Below, piece after piece: positions 15,252 to 26,524 of a stretch of DNA of 64,000 nt (its first letter is position 1; every line of letters begins with the position of its first letter). The DNA is from the human T2T-CHM13v2.0 reference genome, Homo sapiens. A program made the translations under genes and the position numbers. The notes below the pieces were generated by a model. The model did not search any database. It had not been told where the DNA came from and worked only from the letters and a program-made list of their open reading frames with translations. The DNA lies in the NCBI RefSeq assembly GCF_009914755.1, contig NC_060938.1, one strand, 5' to 3'.

Positions 15252-16230
15252 GCATTCAATCATCTTTCAACAAATATTTAGAGTACCCACTACGTTCCTA
15301 GCCCTGTGCTACCTGCAAGAGAAAGAAAAGACTCATTTTGGGAGATGATTTTCCCTGGGTCTCTTGCAATTCCATATATCTTATGGAAAGGTATTGACTG
15401 CTTTGATCTGGACTATCTTTTTGAGAATGTTTGTATAGCAACAGCCTTGGAAGGTAGAGAGAGTGTCTCCTTTCCAGGCAAAAGGCAGGTTTGTTTCCCA
15501 ATCTGGATATGATAATGTTTCTCTCTGAAGCAAAGGTTGATCAGGTTCACTAGTACCCTCTTAGAAGATGGGAGGTTTTCCTAAGCTTAGGGTTCCTTGG
15601 CTGTGACACAAACTTGCTGTGTGTGCAGCGTCCATGTGGGCTGCTCTATTGCCTGCATATTATTTGGGGGTTAAGACACTGATGCAAACATGAAGTACAT
15701 ATGCCTACTGTAGAAGTAATAGAGTTCTCTGTTTCTGATTCAGGAGTCTTGTGTCTTCTACCAGCATCCATGAAACTATGGTGGGCTAATTGTTAGCTTG
15801 CAGGAAGGGTAAAATCTAAGACTCTTCACATTTTGGGCATTCACTTCTCCACATCAAGGAGCTCATGGCCTTTTGGGAGACTAAAAGCGATAAACAACTA
15901 TAAAAAGATGTGATGCCTGGAGTGATAAAAATATGCTTAGGGTGTATGGGAATATTGTGACATCGGTGGGGAGGAACACTCAAGGAAAGTTACCAGGAAG
16001 TGATGATATCTGAACAGAATCTTCAATATTCATAGGAGTCAGCGAGGTGAAGAGGACAAGGACAAGTACAGCCATGGCAGCAAGACAATATGTTGCGTGT
16101 AGAGAACTAAACAAGTCCCTGATGCTGAAGCATCGAGTGTGAACCTGGGATTGACCCCAAACATAGTTGGAGCAGTAGGTAGAGGCCAGATCCTAGAGAC
16201 CCTTTATTACAGGACCCTGGATTGTAGCTG
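15252..16230 (-). mobile_element. L2 fragment interrupted by LTR40
   Basis: cattcaatcatctttcaacaaatatttagagtacccactacg...; resumes after the LTR with caaggagctcat...gtaggtagaggccagatc. Confidence 0.55.
15335..15839 (+). mobile_element. LTR40-like ERVL solo LTR
   Basis: ttgggagatgattttccctgggtctc...ctggactatctttt...tgtttgtatagc.aacagccttggaag.tagaga ... ttgttagcttgcagg.agggtaaaatct. Confidence 0.75.
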
Positions 16231-17117
16231 CAGCCCAGTTTTCTCCAAAGAGAAGCAAACAAAGCAATCTATTGTGGTGCAGGAAGAAATATACTGGAAC
16301 TTCTATATATGTGTAAGTCTTATTGAAAATAATTGTTAATATCAAATATATGGATTGGCACAGACTCTCTCACTTGATCTATATTTTTGATGCTCAAGGA
16401 TTCCCAGGGGAAGGGTGAACCTCCTCAATCATTGGTGAACTTTTAGTATATTGTAAAATTGCAGTCTATGGATACTCAGTAGGAATGTTTGCAGACTGTA
16501 TCACTGAGTTGTATTAGTCTGTCACAAATGGGCAAGTGGCTTAAAAAGATTCCCAGCAAAGAAACTATAGGTTGATGATAGCCCTGATGATGCAAACACA
16601 AGCAAATGACCCCAAAATGAACTGACACTTCTAGTCTGATCATTTCATCAGCCACATTACAAGCTAAAATCAATGACAATTTAATCAGATCTGACCACAG
16701 AAATTAGTTTTCTTGTTAATTGAAATATAGATCTATATCTACTGCTGATAAATGTGCACTGCATTGTAAGTACGTATCAATTCTTGAAATATCAGCTAAT
16801 AATGGTGTCAGGTCATCACAACTAGCAAGGCATTTAAAAACTGGATATCCTAAACAGGAAATCAAACATTACAGTTTTTTCAGGGCTGCTTAAAGTTCTA
16901 TATGCCTTGATGCAGCAAATATTGTTGGAAGATGCATTTAAAAATATCACCGCATATTTGGAAAGACTCATATTAGTATAAGTTATACAATGTGGGAGGT
17001 TTGCTACACAGTTAAGAGACAACACTGGAGTTTCAACATGTCTCCACTTATGGTATTTGCTAGTATCTGTTTTAGTGATAAAATATCCAAAGAGCTACAT
17101 TACGTGAACAACTGAAG

Positions 17118-17225
17118 CAGCGGTTCTCAACCCTAACTGCACACATAAGCATTAACTGGGTACGTTTAAAAAATGCTCATAGCCAGACTAATTCCTTCCC
17201 AGACTAATTAAGTCAGAATCACTGT
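17118..17225. mobile_element. MER5-type fragment nested in the Charlie element
   Basis: cagcggttctcaaccctaactgcaca ... cccagactaattaagtcagaatc. Confidence 0.65.
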
Positions 17226-17451
17226 AAATACTTCTTTAGTTAGGAAGGAGGAAAGGAGGGAAGGTTAGTGCCTTCCCTCACTGTGAAATAGCATTCACTG
17301 AATAGCACCTCACTGTGCTATTCAGACTGAGGTGTGATAGCACCTCACTGTGAAACCCATTCACTGAATCTTCAGAAGCAAACCATTGCTACAAAGAAGT
17401 TAAAGCCAAGAGCCAGGATTGCACAAACAGCTGCTGGAGGTCCTCAATGTG

Positions 17452-18089
17452 CAGTCAGTTCTGCTATCAAATAACATATGCATTCCTAAAAATCACCACA
17501 CCACCCTAAGCAAAATTACCATTAAAATCACAGGGCATTTTAGGGGAAAATGAGGGTAAAAGACATAACATTCAAAAACTTCATAAGTGATGGAATTTTT
17601 TTAAAAAGGTAGAAATTTCATAAAAACAGAAGCAGTTTTCCATGTGTTAAATGGTTAAGAAATACATAAATATATAATAAACTTGGCACTGTACCTTGAA
17701 AAAGGTCTGAAGGCTTGTGAAAATAAGTATTAAAAGTGTTGCAGCTTGTAGGTTATTATGTAATGGTGAAGGAGGGTTATCTGAAATTGTATGAAAAGTT
17801 CACTAGATGTGAACAAGCATGGTTCATAACACATGCAAATATAACATGGTAAATTGAAGTAGCTGGTAGATATTTGATGGGTATGTGTGTGCATGTGTGC
17901 CTTGTGTATTCCCATGTTGGTCAATTCAGCTATTTTCTCCATTCACCTAGTTTCACTGAGTGTTTCTCATGTATGAAAGTGTGCATAAGCAAACACAAAA
18001 TTTGTGTTATGCTAAAACTATTCCCTAGTATATCAAATGCATTGGAATGAACACACATTCTCAAACAAGCTTTATAGCAGAACTTATTG
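17452..18089 (-). mobile_element. Tigger13a-like DNA transposon nested in the Charlie element
   Basis: TIRs cagtcagttctgctat / atagcagaacttattg; internal gaaggagggttatctgaaat and gtagctggtagatatttga. Confidence 0.8.
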
Positions 18090-19269
18090 CACTTAAAAGT
18101 ACAAAAACAACACACTGAAATATAGCACAATCTTTCAATAATTTGCAACGAAATGGAGAGTGGTCAAGAAAATCTTCTGTATCTTATCAAGTTTTGCTGA
18201 TTATCTCACTGCAAAGTAAATAAAAGAATTGCTGAACTTTGAGTTACTACCTATTTTTCTTTTACAAAAAAAGACAAGTAACCTAAATATGCTGACTTCT
18301 CCTAGAATAAAAACAAATGCCTCTGTAATATGCTACTGAGTAGATATTTAAATAAAAATAAACACATGCACACTCTCCCTTCATTGTAAAGGTGGCATTT
18401 CAACCAACAGGGACAAAGTAAGGGCTTTCTAAAAGAAACTTGAGTTGTGGAAGGAACATTTTGAAAATGAACAGTTGGAAATGATTTCATTATTAGATAA
18501 TTTTTTCTGATGTGTGTCATATATAAAAACTCTCATATCTGCACACATTAAATTGGAAACTGAATTTTCTAATCCATCTAAAAATCTTCCACGAGAAGTT
18601 TCTGTGAGTTTTGAAGCCAATTGTTAAATGTATTAAAAGCATCACTCCCAATTAGTTTGTGGGGAAAGTCATCAAGGGAAATAAAGTTTACTGGCCAAAT
18701 TCAATTAAAAAAATACTTTTGTATTATTGATGGATGGGATTGAAAGATGACTATGTAGACTTGATAAGTTCAACCAATCATCTACTTATTCCATTTGAAT
18801 ACGTGTATCTTTGTAAGACCGCTTTTTAAAATTTGACTGCCAATAAAACCAAGCATAGAGCTAAACTAGCCTAAGAGACAGACTTTCAGATCATTCTACC
18901 ACAAAGTGTAATTCCGGAAAAAAGAGTGTGATTTGAAAAAGAAATTCAAAGTACATTGAATCACATTCACATTGCTCTATTTTCCTCAGTACTGAGAGTA
19001 AAAAAAGATTCTATATCAGTAATAAATAGAATAAAATACAAAATTAGTTTTAATGTGTTTTATTTTTATTACTTTTTTCTCTATTTCCAAGATATTATTA
19101 GAACATGTGGATAGTTTATAAATAAATAAAATACAAATGAATGTATATAAATATGATGTGTTCAATTTTTTTTTACTGATAGACGTCATGATCAAAAAAG
19201 TTTTAGAGACCATCGCTGGAATTGATGAGGAGATAAAACAATTGGAACTGCATTCAACTGCATGTTATC

Positions 19270-19510
19270 AGAAACACTTTAGAGAGTTAAATTTTCTCAT
19301 GAAAAAGATGCCTAGGAGTAGGCAGTCCCAGGCAGGGACTCCTGTGAAGCCCAGAGTCCTGCCTTTCCACAAAGCCTTATTTGACTTATAGATTTGCTCT
19401 CATGCACACAAAATGGTTGCTGTACCCTCAGATATCATGTCCACATTCTAGGCTGGCAGAAGAGAGAAAAGTGAGGGAAAGAAGGCAGAACACACACATT
19501 AGCAGAAAAA
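19270..19510 (-). mobile_element. MLT1J/K-like LTR fragment
   Basis: ggagtaggcagtcccaggc...aaaatggttgctgtaccctcagatatcatgtccacattctaggctggcagaag. Confidence 0.55.
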
Positions 19511-21480
19511 TACCCCAGGTCTAGGCACCTGGGGAATAAGATCCAGCATGGTCAAGAGCAGGAAGGCTCTTACTGGATTTATATCACGGCAGACGCTGAA
19601 AGTTGGACATCCACAAAAGTCACTGTAGTAAAGTGAGCAAAAAGCTCAATTGATAGATAGCTGATTGCATATTGGCAGTGAGGGCTGATGTCAACCATTT
19701 CCTAGACTGGAGTCAGGGCCGTTGTATAGTGGAGTCTGCTCTACATCCGAAAGCACAGGCTCTGAAGAGATCAAGCCAGCAGCTTCTCTGGAAAGGCAGA
19801 CTATGAAAAGGAAAAGCTAAATGACATTCTTCCAAGTTCCATCACTCTCACATTTTTTAATCCATTAACTCATTTTTGCAAACAATAGTGTATCTGGTCA
19901 TCTATGGCTTCAACAAAACAGATTGGTGCCAACTTCAACATACTCTTTGAGAAAACGCTGATTAAAAATGCTGAAAGTTAATCTTCAAATGATCTCATTC
20001 ATTCACTCATGTAAATCAACCTTCATGATTTTAGGCTACTACAAGCAACCCAAACAAGGAAATGTACACAGAATGTATAAATGTTCACAGCTGAGGAGGA
20101 CAGCCAAATTCTCTCTGGGATAATTTTATCCTTATAAGGAAAAGTTACCCTGATTTATGTTCAGTGTGATTTTCTCATATATAATATTTTGGGCTTTTTG
20201 CTCTGCAGTAGTTAGAATCAGCTACTTTGTTAAAACAGCAGAAATAGTAGTAAAACTTAAAGCCAAGATTATATATTGTTCACAACAGTGTGTTCAAGCT
20301 ATTTTATATTGCTCAAGACTCACAGTCTTGTGCATTATTCATTTACTCCAAACAGGGCATGTAATATATTACTGCTGAGATGCAATCACTTGGAAAAAGA
20401 CAGCTCCTATTTACTCTGAAAAATGATTTCATTTCAGAAAGCTTTTTCTTTGAGTTACTATCATAGGCACTGATGACCATCCTAATCACGCCCTCCTGCA
20501 CTGTGTAAAGCTCCATTCTGTAACTTGAAACAAAAATAGAATTTTCCCTCTTGGGTTTTATACTTGGAAGGTGATAGCACTGGAAGTGAAGCAGAGCATC
20601 TGAGGACCCACAGCACACAGTGCAAGTGTCCCTGTGCACAGGAGCCCTCCTTCTATCACTTCCTTGGAGCTATCACTTCACTGCTCATCCCCTTTCCCTC
20701 TCATGCTTAAATCTCTCCCAGACTTTAAAAATCTCCTCCTGAATCCCAAATCCCCCTACAGTTGCCATGGTCTCTCTAGTGCTTTCTCTTCACAAGATTC
20801 TCAGATGGTAATTTATGCTGTCCTCACCTCCTCAACTCCTACTTTCTCAGTCTGACCGAAAGCTCATTGCCTAATGACCCATTTCCACTGAGCCAGGCAC
20901 TTCTGCAGAAGGTCTCCATGGGGAGCCTATCTTCTCTGTGCCCTCACAGGAACACAAAGGTGCCTGGCTCATCCCAGTTCTCCAACCTTTAGGCCTTCTC
21001 CTGTCCTGTTGGAGAACTGATTTCACACTCCTCCCTTCCCAACTCGGATCCTATGGTCTGCCTTTTCAATACCTGACCTCCCTTCCTAGAGTCCATTTCT
21101 CCTTCCCATATTACTGATTCCCATCCCTTGAAGGTCTCACTGGGCCCTTGTATATCTGCAACTGTCCCCAGTTGCCCAGTTAATCTGCTGTTTTCTCTGT
21201 AGTTTACTAGTTCCACCCTTCATGCCTTTGCTCAGGGTGTTATTCCTGCTAGCCAATCACAAATGCCAATCACTTGTACCACCTGCTCTTCGTCCAAGAT
21301 ATGAAGTGCCTTCATGCAGCCTTCCTGGATTAATCCCTACACCACATAGTTTATTCAACATCACCAAATACACAGAAACACAATTTCTCTCTCCCTAACA
21401 CTTGAGTGTAGGATCCTTATGTCCTGTTTCTTTTATAATTATCTTTACTGCTACATGCATACTTTTAGAGACTAAAGTAT

Positions 21481-21536
21481 GCACACACACACACACAAGC
21501 TTGCGTGCGTGCACACACACAGACACACACACACAC
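21481..21536. repeat. Interrupted (CA)n microsatellite
   Basis: gcacacacacacacacaagcttgcgtgcgtgcacacacacagacacacacacacac. Confidence 0.9.
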
Positions 21537-21591
21537 TAGTTACTCAGGTGATTAATGAATGCTGATACAGACCTTTAGTAAAGAACAAAAT

Positions 21592-21797
21592 AACAATTTC
21601 CCTGGAAGCCTCTGTCCACTCTCGCCCATCTCCACTTTGTCCATTTCTCTACCACTACAGTTGACCATATGGTAACAAGGCTAATTGCCTGCCTTCTCCA
21701 ATCCTCGGAGAGCTCCTAGGAAACAAGAATGGAATCCTCTTTAGCTCTGTATCTCCAGCACTCACACAGCACCTGAGACACAGTAGGAGGCTTAATA
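21592..21797 (+). repeat. Donor of the local duplication inside the L1 (includes an L2 3' end at about 21700-21812)
   Basis: Aligns to 23569-23782 with about 24 substitutions and 2 indels (hand count). Confidence 0.92.
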
Positions 21798-21939
21798 AAT
21801 ATTTATTGCACATAGAAATGAGTTTTGAGATGGAGGATTCAAACCAGGAAATCAGGCTGTGATCAACATCCAAGATAAAATTAAGATGGGGTTCAGGGAT
21901 GAGAAGTGGGGAGGATCATGCTATAAAATACCCAGTACT

Positions 21940-22240
<301 letters not shown>

Positions 22241-22374
22241 TAAAATACACAGTACCAATAAGGGTTGTTTTATGTACATCTTAAGGGCAAATCTAAGCAT
22301 GACAAATAGTGCCTGGTGAACTTACAGAAGAATAAGAGAGGGAATCTTAAAAAACACTTAATGCAGCTTTTTTT

Positions 22375-22610
22375 TTTCCTACTTATTCAGGAAATTGTTA
22401 CTAAGAGCCTATGTGTGACTGGCACCAAGCCAAACACTGGGGTTACGAGCGTGATGGTCCCTGTTCTCACAGGACCTCTTATAGTCTAGTGGGGGAAATA
22501 ACATTAACTAATAGTAAGCAAAATGAAAATGTAATTGCAAACTGTGGTAAGTGCTATGAAGAAAAAATAAAGGATGCCATGAGCCTATCTACAGGAGGAT
22601 CTGACCAAGA
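22375..22610 (-). mobile_element. L2 fragment
   Basis: ggtccctgttctca...ttatagtctagtgggggaaa...ctgtggtaagtgctatgaagaaaa. Confidence 0.7.
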
Positions 22611-23568
22611 CGATGCTTGATAGGGGGAAAACTGCATTTTTTAAAAAAGACACTAAACAAGACCAACCTGGATCAGCTTCTTCAAAAGTCATCAAGCAGC
22701 CCTATTGTCTCTTCCAATATCTGTCAAAACAGCCCTGCAGTCCATGATCCTGACAAAGGGGGTGTCCTGAAGAAGACACCCTTTATTTTTCTTCTTTGTA
22801 AAGACTGTCATGTAGCCCTCTTAATAAACATGCTTCGGTGTCCTCCACCACTTCTTTATTAATGGGAAATTGTTGATATACTAAAGCATCCATCTATCTA
22901 CACATTACCTCCCTTTGATTTTTTTTTTTTTAAGAAAGATTTTGAAGAGCAAGTCTGCTGGATGAATAGTATAAACATTTCCACGACTCTTGGACCACCC
23001 TGCCACCCTAGTGTCCTGCCATGCATAATGTCGAAGTGCACCCATTTGTCCATAGCTTTGTTGTCAGCACATTGCGTTTTCTCTATTTTTGCTAGTTAAA
23101 TAGATATAAACCAGTGCTTAACACTTGTTTCCTTACCGTGAGATCAAATAGTTTTCTTTTTTTCTTCAACTTTTATTTTAGGTTCAGGAGTACATGTGCA
23201 GTTTTGTTACACGAGTAAATTGTGTGTCACTGGGGTTTGGTGTATAAATGGTTTTGTCATCCAGGTAGTGAGCATAGTACTTGATAGGTAGTTTTTCAAC
23301 CCTTACCCTCCTCCCACATTCCCCACTCAAGTAGGCCACAGTGTCTGTTGTTCCCATCTTTGTGTCCATGTGTATTCAATGTTTAGCTCCCATTTATAAG
23401 TAAGAAAATGCAGTATTTGGCTTTCTGTGTTAATTCACTTAGGATAATAGCCTCCAGCTGCATCCATGTTGCTGCAAAGGACATGATTTTGTTCTTTTTA
23501 TGGCAGCATAGTATTCCATGATGTGTATGTACCTTATTTTCTTTACCCAGTCCATCATTGGTGGGCAC

Positions 23569-23863
23569 AACCATTTCTCTGGAGGCCTCTGTCCACTCTC
23601 ACCCATCTCCACTAGCACTTTGTCCATTTCTCTACCACTAGAAAGCTGACCACATGGTAAGAAGGCAAACTGCCTGCCTTCTCCAATCCCCAGGGGACTC
23701 CTAGGAAATAAGAATGGAATCCTCTTCAACTCTATATCTCCAGCACTCACACAGTGCCTGAGACAGAGTCAGAGGCTTAATATTTATTTCAATATTAATT
23801 CAAAATACTTATTTAATAAATATTTTTATTCAATCGAATATTTAAATTGATATTTTATTCAAT
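23569..23863 (+). repeat. Templated insertion in the L1: copy of 21592-21797 plus about 80 bp scrambled AT-rich filler
   Basis: L1 text ...cattggtgggcac | ctagattgattccatgtc is contiguous in the consensus but separated here by this segment. Confidence 0.9.
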
Positions 23864-24161
23864 CTAGATTGATTCCATGTCTTTGTCATCGCGAATAGTA
23901 TTATGATGAACATATGAGTCCGTGTGTCTTTATGGTAGGAGGATTTATATTTCTTTGGGTATATACCCAGTAATGGGATTTCTGGACCAAAAGGTAGCTC
24001 TCTTTTAACTTATTTGAGAATTCTCCACACTCCTTTCCACAGTGGTGGACCTAATTTACATTCCCATTAGCAGTGTATAAGCATTTCCTTCTATCTGCAA
24101 CCTCAGCGACATCTGCTATTTTTTGACTTTTTAATAATAACCATTCTGACTAGTGTGAGAT

Positions 24162-25367
24162 TGTGTGCAGAACTGGTGGGTTGTTGGTCTTGCTGACTTC
24201 AACAATGAAGACGCGGACCTTCGCGGTGAGTGTTAAAGCTCTTAAAGGCAGCGCGTCTGGAATTGTCCGTTCCTTCCAGTGGGTTCGTGGTCTCCCTGGC
24301 TCAAAAGTGATGCTGCACACCTTCGCAGTGAGTGTTACAGTTCATAAAGGTGGCGCATCCCGAGTCGTTGGTTCTTCCCGTCCAGAGTTGTTCATCCCTC
24401 CCAGTGGATTTGTGGTCTCGCTGGCTTCAGAAGTGAAACTGCAGACCTTCACAGTGTGTGTTATAGCTCACAAAAGTGGCGCGGACCTGAAAGGTGAGCA
24501 GCAGCAAGATTTATTGTGAAGAGCAAAAGAACTAACCTTCCACATTATGGAAGGGGTTCCTAGGAGGTTGCAGTTGGGGCTCGGGTGGCGGGTCTTTATT
24601 CCCTTATCTGGCCCCACCCACATCCTGCTGATTGGTCCACTTTACAGAGAGCCGATTGGTCCATTTTACAGAGAGCTGATTGGTGCATCCACACCACCAC
24701 CACCCCCCCCCCGGCCACAGCTAGACACAGAGTACAATCCTCCAGCTAGACATAAAAGTTCTCCAAGCCCCCACCCCCTCAACTCTGGAGCCTAGCTGGC
24801 TTCCTCTAGTGGCTCACCTGCCAGGGCCGTGGGTGGAGCTGCCCACCAGTTCTGCGCTGCGCGACCACTGTTGTCAGCCCTTGGGCGGTCGATGGGACCG
24901 GGCGCTGCGGAGCAGGGGACGGCGCCCGTCGGGGAGGCTGGGGGCTCCGGCATGGCGGGCTGCAGGTCCCGAACCCTGCCTTGTGGGGAGGCGGCTGAGG
25001 CCCAGCAAGAATTCGAGCACTGCGCGGGGAGGCCTACAGTGCTGGGGGACCCGGTGCATCCTACTCAGCTGCTGGCCCAGGTGCTAAGCCCCTCACTGCC
25101 TGGGCCGGTAGCGCCAGCCAGCCGCTCCGAGTGCGGGGCCCCTTGAGCCCGCGCCCACCCAGAACTCAGCCCTGGTTCCCGCCTGCGCCTCTCCCTCCAC
25201 ACCTCTCCGCAAGCAGAGGGAGCCGGCTCTGGCCTTGGCCAGCCCAGACAGGGGCTCTCACAGTGCAGCGGTGGGCTGAAGGGCTACTCAAGCATGGCCA
25301 GAGTGGACGCCAAGGCCGAGGAGGCGCCGAGAGCGAGTGAGGGGTGCTAGCAAGTTGTCACCTCTCA
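24162..25367 (-). mobile_element. Solo LTR12 (ERV9), LTR12D/B-like, CpG-rich
   Basis: Minus strand begins tgagaggtgacaacttgctagc and ends ...ccaccagttctgcacaca; 4-bp TSD agat at 24158-24161 and 25368-25371. Confidence 0.95.
24590..24685 (-). promoter_or_regulatory. LTR12 core promoter: three CCAAT (NF-Y) boxes, GATA site and AATAAA TATA-like box
   Basis: gattggt at about 24630, 24654 and 24678; cttatc at about 24603; ctttatt at 24594-24600; matches known ERV9 LTR promoter layout. Activity not shown. Confidence 0.65.
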
Positions 25368-25947
25368 AGATGGCATCTCATTGTGGTTTTGATTTGCATT
25401 TCTCTGATGAGTGGTAATGTTAATTTTTTCATATGCTTGTTGGCCACATGTATGTCTTCTTTTGAGAAGTGTCTATTCATGTCCTTTGCCTACTTTTTAA
25501 TGGGGTTTTTTTTTTTGCTTGTTGATTTGTTTATGCTTCTTAGAGATTCTGGATATTAGACCTTGTTAGACACATAGCTTGTGAATACTTTCTCCCATTC
25601 TGTAGGCTGTCTGCTTATTGATAGTTTTTTTTTTTTTTTTTTTTTTTTGCTGTGCAGAAGCTTTTTACTTTAATTAGGTCCCACTTACCTATTTCTGTTT
25701 TTGTTGCAATTGCTTTTGGAGACTTTGTCATGAAATCTTGGTGAAGACATATGCCCAGAAGGGTATTTTCTTGGTTTTCTTCTAGGTTTTTATAGTTTTA
25801 GGTCTTACACTTAAGTCTTTAATTCATTTTGAGTTGATTTTTGCATATGGTGAAAGGAAGGGGTCGGTGCAGTTTCAGTCTTCTGCATACAGCCAACCAG
25901 TTATCCCAGCACCATTTATTGAATAGAGTGCTTTCCCCATTGCATGT

Positions 25948-26052
25948 TGTATTAGCAATTACCTCCCATGGAGTCCCTCACATGACATATGAGGATAATG
26001 GGAACTACAATTCAAGATAAGCTTTGAGTGGGGATATAGTCAAACTTTATCA
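25948..26052 (-). mobile_element. THE1-type MaLR LTR with large internal deletion
   Basis: Both termini present (tgtattag ... aaactttatca) but only about 105 bp long; caattacctccca...gaactacaattcaagat..g.tttg.gtgggga. Confidence 0.8.
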
Positions 26053-26524
26053 TATGCTATTGTCAACTTTGTCAAAGATCGGATGGTTGTATGTATGCAG
26101 CTTTATTTTAGGGTTCTCTAACATGTTCCATTAGTCTGTGTCTGTTTTTGTACCAATACTATGCTGTTTTGTTTACTGTAGTCTTGTAGTAGAGATTGAA
26201 GTTGGGTAGTGGGATGCCTCTGGCTTTGTTCTTTTTGCTTAAGAATGCTTTGGCTATTTGGGCTCTTTTTGGTTCCAAGTGAATTTCAGAACAGTTTTTT
26301 TTCTAATTCTGTGAAAAACGACATTGGTAGTTTGATAGAAATAGCACTGAATCTTTAAATTGCTTTGGGCAGTATAGCCATTTTAACAACATTGATTCTT
26401 CCTGTGCATGATCATGAAATGTTTTTCCATTTGTTTATGTCATCTCTGATTTCTTTTAACAGTGTTTTGCAGTTCTCACTGTAAAGATCTTTTACCTCCC
26501 TGGTTAGCTGTATTCCTAGGTATT

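Larger units (their letters stand above)
16236..19215 (+). mobile_element. Fossil hAT transposon (Charlie7-like) with degraded transposase
   Basis: TIR-like ends cagttttctccaaa / tttagagaccatcg; hand translation gives LEISANNGVRSSQLARHLKT (BED finger), FATQLRDNTGVS/NMSPLMVF, CNEMESGQENLLY..F.*LSHCKV and LLIPFEYVYLCKTAF*NLTANKTKHRAKL (hATC dimerisation domain). Confidence 0.85.

Noticed and set aside
17275-17370. CRISPR-like or miRNA-like repeat
   Set aside because: Repeats are about 10 bp with no regular spacers, the context is eukaryotic, and the stems are too short for a pre-miRNA.
24163-25340. Several overlapping GC-rich ORFs of 60-118 aa
   Set aside because: All lie within the LTR12; GC-rich LTR sequence is stop-poor and no protein family is recognisable.
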